Below are positions 18,244-25,479 of a stretch of DNA of 64,000 bases, piece after piece (positions within the stretch are counted from its first letter, which is position 1; the number at the start of each line of letters is the position of its first letter). The notes under the pieces were generated by a model, which was not told the DNA's origin, did not search any database, and saw nothing but the letters and a program-made list of their open reading frames with translations. The stretch is from a virus. The DNA is taken from the IMG/VR virus record IMGVR_UViG_3300028607_002670. One strand, written 5' to 3'. The position numbers and the translations under genes are program-made.

Positions 18244-18718
18244 TTAAACTCTCCTCGTATTGTAATTGTTTACAAAAATCTTCCATAAATATAGCTTCAT
18301 CATAAAGGGTATCCCTGTTGTCGCTAACCATGTTTACGTAATCGTCAAAACTGATTGTTTTTAAAGTATCTCCTTCTTGGATAACAATGTCAACACTTTT
18401 ATAACCATCTTGATGAAAATTATTCTGCATTATCTCCAAACTTGTCAGAAACTCTAGTGAATAATGGTACTCTGTCCAAACTTGAATTGTTTCATCAAAG
18501 TGGGAGCACTCTTTAACAAGCCTGTTTATGGAAAGGTAATCTAAATTATCCTCTAATTCTTGTATCTCCTTGTACAAAGTGACCCAACCCTTGGATAAAA
18601 GTATATGATTCTTACCTAAACGTTTACTTTTGGAAACTGCTACCACCCCTGAGGCAGCATGACCAATTAATTTTGTTAAAAGGTATAAACTTATTGCAAA
18701 AATACTAAAATAAATCAT
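18233..18718 (-). CDS. hypothetical protein with N-terminal TM helix (161 aa)
   Basis: IYFSIFAISLYLLTKLIGHAASGVVAV hydrophobic anchor. Confidence 0.5.
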   Translation of the reverse strand: MIYFSIFAISLYLLTKLIGHAASGVVAVSKSKRLGKNHILLSKGWVTLYKEIQELEDNLDYLSINRLVKECSHFDETIQVWTEYHYSLEFLTSLEIMQNNFHQDGYKSVDIVIQEGDTLKTISFDDYVNMVSDNRDTLYDEAIFMEDFCKQLQYEESLNEN

Positions 18719-19109
18719 TTATTAAATCCTCCTCTAAAAAGTTTAATTCTTCATCTGATATTGAATTTTCTTGCTCCAATCTCATTTCTAAAGTTGATTC
18801 TAATGTAGCAAGTTCCTCTTGTAAAGAATTAATTGACATTCGGATAAACATTTCCTTGTGTGCAGATATGCTTGTGTGAATTTCTCCATCAGATAATCGA
18901 AGTGGATTCTCATTTGGATAATCTTTCATTGCTTTGAATTGAACTAACATTGCTTTAATGGCAGCTATCTCTTTTAGTAAAGGGATATAATCTTCCACAC
19001 AAGAGTCAGGATTATCCGCAAGGAAACATTTGATCTCAATTTGTTCTTCTGGTTGAAGTGATTCATCTGAGAACCAATAGGCTTTGTCCAAAGTGTGTAC
19101 TTTTGGCAT
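18705..19109 (-). CDS. hypothetical protein (134 aa); first gene after promoter 19184..19212
   Basis: ORF track. Confidence 0.55.
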   Translation of the reverse strand: MPKVHTLDKAYWFSDESLQPEEQIEIKCFLADNPDSCVEDYIPLLKEIAAIKAMLVQFKAMKDYPNENPLRLSDGEIHTSISAHKEMFIRMSINSLQEELATLESTLEMRLEQENSISDEELNFLEEDLINDLF

Positions 19110-19150
19110 AATTTTTATCCTTTTTAACAGAGTGAATTAAATTTTAGGCA

Positions 19151-19188
19151 ATAAAAAAGCTCTTACCCGTTTGATTAGGTAAGAGCTT
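19151..19188 (-). terminator. rho-independent terminator (11-bp stem + TTTTAT) ending the leftward fibre operon
   Basis: Minus strand: AAGCTCTTACC-TAATCAAACG-GGTAAGAGCTT then TTTTAT. Confidence 0.65.
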
Positions 19189-19212
19189 ATGTTATGTTGG
19201 GGTTGTTGTCAA
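19184..19212 (-). promoter_or_regulatory. sigma70-type promoter (TTGACA-17-TAAGCT) whose -10 lies in the 5' arm of the terminator stem
   Basis: Minus strand: -35 at 19212..19207, -10 at 19189..19184. Confidence 0.55.
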
Positions 19213-19294
19213 GAGGGTTTTATGTTTTATATGGGGATTGTGTGTTAGGATTTTACTTTGCTGTGGATATTGGCAGCAAGATTAAAAAATAGCC

Positions 19295-19415
19295 AACGTA
19301 AAAACAAAACTAGCAAATACATTTACACCAGCATCAACGGCATTTGGTTTAATTGGTCATCTTGTATGACAGCATCTGCTAGCTTCGGTGTTAATTTTTA
19401 CAATGTTAAGAAAGG
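19295..19415 (-). repeat. left copy of 121-nt inverted repeat (partner 62597..62717)
   Basis: The reverse complement of 19295..19415 aligns with 62597..62717 with 7 mismatches by my count. The first 70 nt (19415..19346 vs 62597..62666) are identical. Confidence 0.9.
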
Positions 19416-19440
19416 ATAAGTAGACTCATTGATGGTTTTT

Positions 19441-21363
19441 CTAGTTTTGGTTGTTAGATCTACTAAGCTCGCACCACAACCCAAGCCTGTTATACATCAA
19501 TTCTATTTTATCAAGCTCATGAGTCATTGAAAAATCCCCCTTGTCAACATCTAACCTTATATTGTCAGATGAGTTTATGGTAACTGTACGGGATGAGTTT
19601 TTGGCGTTTAAAATAAGCCTCATACCCTCAAAACCCCCATTTATTGTGGTTAGAGTATCGGTTGCTGCGCCACCTTCCGTGTCAACGTTATGATATGATT
19701 TTGTGGCGTTTATAGACCCGCTAGATATTGTCTTATCCTCAGCCATTCCAAATGAAAAATAATTAGATTCGACCCCGCTTTTTGAGCTATCCCCATTGTT
19801 TGTAATTATAGCAGCACCGTTACCTATCATGTTAAATCTAGGGCTGTATAATTCTTCTCCATACCCAGTTACACTTGGGCTTTCATAATTAACCTTACCT
19901 GTACCTATCGCTCTAGCTATATACTGCCCAGTCGCATTTGTTACAGTTGCAAGTTCAGCATTTACTTCACCTCCACCAAGCGCGTACATGGCTATACCTG
20001 CCACTCCATCTATAGATACCTCGTCTGCGTTTATGATACCTCCAAATGATGTTGTTAGGGCTGATTGCATAGAGTTAGAGATAGATGCAAATTTAACAAA
20101 TATAGCTCCACCACTTTCGCAGGTTACGCTTGACTGTGCCGTATCATTAATAGTTGCGTTTGTAGCTTCTATGCTGCCTCCGTAATTAACAACAAGACCG
20201 TGCCCACTGGTCTTGTCTATTTCACCACTGGACACGTTTATATTGCCACCATAAAGTATGGCTACAGCATCCGTTCCTGTGTCGTAAACTTTAGCATTTA
20301 CAGCGCTTATAGTGCCCCCATGCTGACAATATAATCCTCTGTTAGATGAACCGACAATAACGCAGTTATCAACTATAGACATTCCAGATTTGTGAGCGTG
20401 TATGCCTACGCCTGTAGAGTTTACCGAATATATATCATCAGCCACTGTCACGCCTCCATCTTCCGCTTTAAACTGACTACCTAGAGTGCTGCACCCTGCG
20501 GCTGTTATCTTTCCAGAGTTAAATGGGTTTGATGTAATCTTAATGTCTTTTAGCTTAACATCTCCGATAAATCCGCCGTCAAACGATAGTGAGGATAACC
20601 AGTAAGAATTAATAAGGTTAGCCCTTCCCGTTACATCTTCAAGCTTTAATTCTTCATACGTTGGCTTTACCCCTGATACGTAGCCAGCAATTTCACCCCC
20701 ACCTATTGTTTTATTATTTAACCCATCAACACTGTTGACCAAGAAACTATTCCCGAAAGGTATTTCCAAAGGGAGGCCGAGAGATTTAGACTTATTATTT
20801 GCTTCATTTACTGCCGCACCAGAGTTAGCGCCATCAACTGCACCGAAGTTAATTACATTACACACATCACGTATCTCTAAATCATAGCTGTATGATGAAT
20901 TTGCAGAACTCTGAATAACATCAAGATCGTTAGGTGTTACCGATGACGTTTCAACAACACTAAAATAAGCTTGGCGGTCTTTTAGGTAAACCCTACAACC
21001 CAACAACTTATCAATTTTACTATAAGATTTAGCATCCTCTACAGTATCGAATTCCAATCCATCAAATTTATCCTTTACGCTAAAACCTTCCTCCAAAACC
21101 ACCTTCTCAGCACTCTTCTCTAATCCCTTAACAGCTTCCACCAATTGACTACTATTAGCATTATCCACATCCCCATCAGGAGTGACACCTGCTTCAAGTA
21201 GCAACCCTTGCAAAAACCCCTCTAGGTTATTATACCAATCTGCTTCAAATGGAGTCCCTGTACCCTCAACCCCGCCTACAACATTCCTGCCTTTTCCATA
21301 AGGATAATTTGGGTCAGTGGTATCTGTACGTCCACTGTACGTATTTTTAATCTGTATTGCCAT
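19441..21363 (-). CDS. tail fibre / tailspike with right-handed beta-helix (depolymerase-like), fibre F1
   Basis: The N-terminal ~80 aa is shared with 60344.. and 62753.. (MAI..YSGR...YP.GK...GTGTP..A.W.N...GF.Q.LL...G.TP.G). NVINFGAVDG..SGAAVNEA resembles a pectate-lyase-type start. Then >7 periodic GG.I.A.NA.V-type coils (HGGTISAVNAKV / YGGNINVSSGEI / YGGSIEATNATI / SGGAIFVKFASI / FGGIINADEVSI / GGGEVNAELATV). Confidence 0.7.
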   Translation of the reverse strand: MAIQIKNTYSGRTDTTDPNYPYGKGRNVVGGVEGTGTPFEADWYNNLEGFLQGLLLEAGVTPDGDVDNANSSQLVEAVKGLEKSAEKVVLEEGFSVKDKFDGLEFDTVEDAKSYSKIDKLLGCRVYLKDRQAYFSVVETSSVTPNDLDVIQSSANSSYSYDLEIRDVCNVINFGAVDGANSGAAVNEANNKSKSLGLPLEIPFGNSFLVNSVDGLNNKTIGGGEIAGYVSGVKPTYEELKLEDVTGRANLINSYWLSSLSFDGGFIGDVKLKDIKITSNPFNSGKITAAGCSTLGSQFKAEDGGVTVADDIYSVNSTGVGIHAHKSGMSIVDNCVIVGSSNRGLYCQHGGTISAVNAKVYDTGTDAVAILYGGNINVSSGEIDKTSGHGLVVNYGGSIEATNATINDTAQSSVTCESGGAIFVKFASISNSMQSALTTSFGGIINADEVSIDGVAGIAMYALGGGEVNAELATVTNATGQYIARAIGTGKVNYESPSVTGYGEELYSPRFNMIGNGAAIITNNGDSSKSGVESNYFSFGMAEDKTISSGSINATKSYHNVDTEGGAATDTLTTINGGFEGMRLILNAKNSSRTVTINSSDNIRLDVDKGDFSMTHELDKIELMYNRLGLWCELSRSNNQN

Positions 21364-21392
21364 TATTTAATTTCCTATTTTATTTACGTAAA

Positions 21393-22145
21393 TTACGCTA
21401 CACGTTCCCAAACATTCATCGCTTCATAAGGGGGTAACACTGTTGCATTAGAAACACCACCACTTAATCCATGAGAGTGACTTCCACCACCACCAAAGCT
21501 GCTATCTTCTGTAGTAGTGTCATAATATAGCCAAACAGAATTATCACCATCTGTACCTTGAGCACCACGCCCCGAGTTATAATTAGAAGGAGTGGATTCT
21601 TTATAAACAGATTGACTCACTTCACTAGGAGTATCTACATGGTAACGATCCCTATATTCATGACTGTGAACATATGTAGGCACCTGCGCTTCTGTTAAAG
21701 TGTGGCTGTTTACAGAAAGGTTATCATTATGTGTATGGGTTTTTACACCGCCAGTCTTACCTGCTGGACTAAAATCAGTGTCTGTTGAAGAAGTAGAAAC
21801 AATAAACTTCCCTTCCACTTTCTCCCATGTACCAAAACCAAACCTAACAGCAGGATCATCTTCCGATTTAGTCACCCACACATCACCCACACTGAATATC
21901 AATTGCAATAACGCTTGGTTATCAGGTTCTTGTTGTGTTAAATTGGTGATCTGGTCTTGAAGGGATTTAATTGCCTCATACGTTTCATACTTTAAATAAT
22001 TATTCCATTGACGAGGTTCCGCTTGGTAACGTTTTAATCCACTTGTTTTAACTTGAGCAGGAGGAGCTGATTTATTATTCTCTCCTGAAATGGGGTCAGT
22101 TTCATTAACGCTCGCCCATCTTAGCTTTTCGTAATCATACGCCAT
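21393..22145 (-). CDS. tail-collar-type fibre protein
   Basis: GGVKTHTHN...HSHEY...GGGGSHSHGLSGGVSNATVLPPYEAMNVWERV resembles the phage tail-collar / MdpB-like C-terminus (HxH ... PPY...W.R). Confidence 0.5.
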   Translation of the reverse strand: MAYDYEKLRWASVNETDPISGENNKSAPPAQVKTSGLKRYQAEPRQWNNYLKYETYEAIKSLQDQITNLTQQEPDNQALLQLIFSVGDVWVTKSEDDPAVRFGFGTWEKVEGKFIVSTSSTDTDFSPAGKTGGVKTHTHNDNLSVNSHTLTEAQVPTYVHSHEYRDRYHVDTPSEVSQSVYKESTPSNYNSGRGAQGTDGDNSVWLYYDTTTEDSSFGGGGSHSHGLSGGVSNATVLPPYEAMNVWERVA

Positions 22146-22147
22146 TA

Positions 22148-22384
22148 TTATTTTTCCTTATGTTCTTCTTTATTTCTGCTAAATTCATATGTAAATTTAT
22201 AAGTAGCAGCTATTGACGCAAATATTCCACTTATGGCAACACCTGCTCCTGCACTCAACGCATTTAATTCTTCCACCCCGAATGAAGTAATCCATGTTAC
22301 GATGTAATAAAACATCCATGAAATGAATAGACATGCACTGATGCTAAAAATTCTATATTCTTTTATCTTTTCTGGGAAGCTCAT
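22148..22384 (-). CDS. small membrane protein (78 aa, 2 TM)
   Basis: Two long hydrophobic helices and a basic C-terminus (holin-like topology). Confidence 0.45.
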   Translation of the reverse strand: MSFPEKIKEYRIFSISACLFISWMFYYIVTWITSFGVEELNALSAGAGVAISGIFASIAATYKFTYEFSRNKEEHKEK

Positions 22385-22875
22385 GACTTAGGTGCTCCCA
22401 CCATTCTGAATGTTTGTGATGGACGTTGACCAAACCAGAATGTGATTGCCGTAATTGTAAGATATATTATACTAAAGATTATCTGACCGTACATATCAAT
22501 TAATACATCCATAGGAAGCGTTTCTAAGCCACCAATAAGGGTATTAACCTCATAGGCTAAGTAGGTCATGAAAATAAGCAGGTACGTTGTTACAAGGACT
22601 CTCACGGCACTCATTAATCCTGCTGCCCATCCAGTTTTAGGAGTGTCTTGTGCTTTTACAAACGCTTCTCCATCTAAACGCTCTCCATCTGCTTTAGATT
22701 GAGATTCAATTTCTCTGCGTTTATTCTCACTATCCAACATGGACATTTTATACTGTTGGTTATTCTGTTCTTTAATTATTTCTATTTCTTGCTTCTTTTG
22801 TATCCAATTCCCAATCATACCAGATATACTACCTAGGACGGGACTAGCAAGAAGTGTTAAAATACTTTCAATCAT
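22381..22875 (-). CDS. putative holin (GTA_holin_3TM-like architecture)
   Basis: N-terminal helix + charged coiled segment (KKQEIEIIKEQNNQQYKMSMLDSENKRREIE), then 2-3 TM helices. Resembles 3TM holins as I recall them. Confidence 0.35.
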   Translation of the reverse strand: MIESILTLLASPVLGSISGMIGNWIQKKQEIEIIKEQNNQQYKMSMLDSENKRREIESQSKADGERLDGEAFVKAQDTPKTGWAAGLMSAVRVLVTTYLLIFMTYLAYEVNTLIGGLETLPMDVLIDMYGQIIFSIIYLTITAITFWFGQRPSQTFRMVGAPKS

Positions 22876-23359
22876 TATTTCTTCCTCTTCGAATATTCTT
22901 TATGTAAGTGTCAACTTTTGTTTTAATAAGAACATCCATTTTCTTTATGTGAGGTGCAAATCGTGAATTGATCAAACATGTCCACACTAATATTTCAAAG
23001 AATAATACATTCCAAAATACATAAGTTTCTTGGTAATAAATGTAGAATTCATGAAGTGGTATCCAATACCCAACAAAGTTAACGAAGAAGGATATACAAG
23101 ACACTACAGCTAACATAACACCTATTCTTGATCCAATTATCAACACTGAGAAAAAGAACACCAGTGCCTCGAAGAACATCACAGCTTCATAGTAAGTACA
23201 ATTATACTCTGTCATAAAGTAAAGAGGAACAGTTTCACTTAAGAAACTCATGAAGAGGCAACTAACTGTAGATATAAAGTCCTTAATGTGTTCTTGAGCA
23301 AAAATCAAAACAAAGAATACAACCTCATAATACCCTACGTGGAAAGTTGCCTCTTCCAT
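22868..23359 (-). CDS. polytopic membrane protein (163 aa, F/Y-rich)
   Basis: 4-5 hydrophobic segments. Confidence 0.5.
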   Translation of the reverse strand: MEEATFHVGYYEVVFFVLIFAQEHIKDFISTVSCLFMSFLSETVPLYFMTEYNCTYYEAVMFFEALVFFFSVLIIGSRIGVMLAVVSCISFFVNFVGYWIPLHEFYIYYQETYVFWNVLFFEILVWTCLINSRFAPHIKKMDVLIKTKVDTYIKNIRRGRNND

Positions 23360-23434
23360 TATTTATCTTTCTTCTTAGTCTTTTCTCGTGGAGTTTTAGG
23401 CTGTGTCTTAGGTGGCTTTAATTTAGTAGGCATT

Positions 23435-23833
23435 CTAGTTCCCTTGATTTTCTAGACGTTTTTCTATGTTTACCAATGCATTGTTTGTAACAGCTACATC
23501 AGTGGAGAGTTTATTAACTGTGCTTAGGATTATGTCAAGTTTATGATCGTATTCTCTACGGCCTTCGTTAACACTTCTACGATCTTCTGCTTGCTGATAA
23601 AGTGCATTTTCAATCGTCACTAACAACTTTTCATAACGAGCATCCATTTCCTGCTGGACATTCTCCTTATGATTTTTTATGATAGTGTCAGTTTCTTTCT
23701 TTGTGTAAGTGTTGTCTAGCTTTTCTTTATCCTTTCGGACATAATGAATCAAGCCGCCCCACATTACAGTGAAGATTGCACAAACAATGTAGAAGAGGTA
23801 TTTGAATCCGATCAAAGCTGCTTCTGGACTCAT
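23435..23833 (-). CDS. N-terminally anchored coiled-coil membrane protein (132 aa)
   Basis: TM YLFYIVCAIFTVMWGGLI followed by a charged helical region. Confidence 0.5.
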   Translation of the reverse strand: MSPEAALIGFKYLFYIVCAIFTVMWGGLIHYVRKDKEKLDNTYTKKETDTIIKNHKENVQQEMDARYEKLLVTIENALYQQAEDRRSVNEGRREYDHKLDIILSTVNKLSTDVAVTNNALVNIEKRLENQGN

Positions 23834-23892
23834 TTATCTTTTCCTTAAAAGGTTGTTTTGTGGTAGGATACGGGATTGTATCCATAAGATAC

Positions 23893-23921
23893 ATTATAAC
23901 AGAATATAATTATTTTTACAA
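23893..23921 (-). promoter_or_regulatory. sigma70-type promoter (TTGTAA-17-TATAAT) for the leftward operon
   Basis: Minus strand: -35 at 23921..23916, -10 at 23898..23893. The palindrome GGATAC-N6-GTATCC (23866..23883) lies just downstream. Confidence 0.55.
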
Positions 23922-23927
23922 TCACAC

Positions 23928-23956
23928 TTGACAACAAGGTAATCTTTGTGTAAATT
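23928..23956 (+). promoter_or_regulatory. sigma70-type promoter (TTGACA-17-TAAATT) for rightward early genes
   Basis: -35 at 23928..23933, -10 at 23951..23956. Confidence 0.55.
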
Positions 23957-23996
23957 GTACAGCACATTATGAAAATGTTTAATTAGGAGGGAGATT

Positions 23997-24302
23997 ATGA
24001 TAAGAAAGAATAAGGCATTTTTAAGTAATACTCATGGTGAAGGTGGAAGTATTAATTGGTACATAGCCACAGGTAATTGTATTGATGAGGATTTTAATAT
24101 ATTTTCAAATATAGTAGAAGGGGAGTTGAAACTATCAGATTGTTATAGAACAATAACCTTGGACTTTGATTGCGAGAATACAAACCAGCTTGATAAACGT
24201 ATTATTAAAGTTCAAACACTTATTGATAATCTTTTAGAAATGAAGCAAGGTTTACTTGAGGCTAGAGAGAGTATCAATACGAAGAATAAATTTTATTACT
24301 AA
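23997..24302 (+). CDS. hypothetical protein (101 aa)
   Basis: ORF track; AGGAGGGAGATT precedes the ATG. Confidence 0.6.
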   Translation: MIRKNKAFLSNTHGEGGSINWYIATGNCIDEDFNIFSNIVEGELKLSDCYRTITLDFDCENTNQLDKRIIKVQTLIDNLLEMKQGLLEARESINTKNKFYY

Positions 24303-24313
24303 AGGAGAATACA

Positions 24314-24607
24314 ATGAATAAGACAACTAAGGCACAATTGGAATACAATTCACGTAAAGTGGGTTATGGTTGGGCATATGTCGGTGGTGCCTTGTTAGGA
24401 GGTTTATACTTACACTATGCGATCATTAAGGAATGGGATTTCTTTTTAGCAGGGATTGCCGTTTTGGTGGCGAGTTTTTATCAACCAATTTTCATTTGGG
24501 TACATTTGATCTTTGTGTTAGGCGGGGTGTTCCATACAAAATGGTTAATTGATCAGCAGAATAAGAAGATCATGAAGGATTGTGAGGATGTTTTTGGGGA
24601 GGAGTGA
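24314..24607 (+). CDS. membrane protein (97 aa, 2-3 TM)
   Basis: AAGGAGAATACA precedes the ATG; hydrophobic core. Confidence 0.55.
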   Translation: MNKTTKAQLEYNSRKVGYGWAYVGGALLGGLYLHYAIIKEWDFFLAGIAVLVASFYQPIFIWVHLIFVLGGVFHTKWLIDQQNKKIMKDCEDVFGEE

Positions 24608-24858
24608 TGAGTAGGTATGGAACTAGGACAGTACCCTATAAACATAACACATCCTTTCATCAATACATTTATTGTAGGGGTGGTAGACACTTGTTATGGA
24701 GTTATGATCCTTCTAAGATAACCGTGTTGGATACAAGGAACCCAACTGGAATACACGATCATGGTTGTCAGATGGGTGACTTTGATGAAAGTGTTTTAGA
24801 TGAGGTTGAGGTTTATTGCCCTCATAGGTATATTTATCCTAGAGTTAGGGGTAGGTAG
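24604..24858 (+). CDS. hypothetical protein (84 aa)
   Basis: ORF track; GGGGAGGAG upstream. Confidence 0.5.
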   Translation: MMSRYGTRTVPYKHNTSFHQYIYCRGGRHLLWSYDPSKITVLDTRNPTGIHDHGCQMGDFDESVLDEVEVYCPHRYIYPRVRGR

Positions 24859-24870
24859 TGTAGGATATTT

Positions 24871-24911
24871 ATACCAAGTTTGTTGACATATACTAAGTTT
24901 CTTGGTATAAT
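24871..24911 (+). promoter_or_regulatory. consensus sigma70 promoter (TTGACA-17-TATAAT) bracketed by 8-bp inverted repeats (candidate operator)
   Basis: -35 at 24883..24888, -10 at 24906..24911. ATACCAAG (24871..24878) pairs with CTTGGTAT (24901..24908). AAGTTT occurs twice. Confidence 0.7.
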
Positions 24912-24931
24912 AGAGTTAAATAGGAGAATGT

Positions 24932-25174
24932 ATGAGTATCAAAACGCAACTTTGCAATATAGTTATAACTTTGAAAAAGGATAAAAATCTAACATATGAC
25001 CAGATATTAGACAAAGGTGAAGGAGCATTTCACAGGTCACAATTAGTATCTATTTTAAAAAGAGATGGTACATCTGTGAGTGTTAATGTGATAGAAGATG
25101 TTATAAAATGTTTAGGGGGTAATTTGTCTATTATTTGCTCAACCGATCCGACCTTCGAGAATTTCAGAGAGTAA
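24932..25174 (+). CDS. small HTH-type DNA-binding protein (80 aa)
   Basis: LTYDQILDKGEGAFHRSQLVSILKR looks like a helix-turn-helix. First gene after the operator-flanked promoter; TAGGAGAATGT precedes the ATG. Confidence 0.45.
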   Translation: MSIKTQLCNIVITLKKDKNLTYDQILDKGEGAFHRSQLVSILKRDGTSVSVNVIEDVIKCLGGNLSIICSTDPTFENFRE

Positions 25175-25278
25175 GGTAAAGCCTTATAGGGTACGGCCTG
25201 TAGAGGGATTTTATAAGTTTAAATTCCCTCTTAGCGAACCATATGATACTCTATCTATAATTACATAGGATTATTACT

Positions 25279-25479
25279 ATGCTTAAACTTATAATACCTC
25301 GTCCCTTATTGGAGTATATCGATAGGTGTAGAGGTTATAGATCTAGACCTAGTTTTATACTAGCATGTGTGAATTACATTATGATTAACAATATAAACCT
25401 AAATAACGAAGGTGAATGTAATGATGAACTTAAAAGAACTCTCAATAGAGGAGAGAACATTAATAACGATAGGGTGTGA
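25279..25479 (+). CDS. ribbon-helix-helix (CopG/Arc-like) protein
   Basis: MLKLIIPRPLLEYIDRCRGYRSRPSFILACVNYIM fits the beta-strand/helix/helix RHH pattern (v.lp..ll..ld......sRS.fI). Confidence 0.45.
   Translation: MLKLIIPRPLLEYIDRCRGYRSRPSFILACVNYIMINNINLNNEGECNDELKRTLNRGENINNDRV

Noticed and set aside
19441-21363. Diversity-generating retroelement targeting the fibre genes
   Set aside because: I saw no reverse transcriptase ORF and no template/variable repeat pair near any fibre 3' end.
23359-23433. 24-aa highly basic ORF (MPTKLKPPKTQPKTPREKTKKKDK) between two membrane-protein genes
   Set aside because: It is too short and of too low complexity to call. It is mentioned only as a possible micro-ORF in the membrane-protein cluster.
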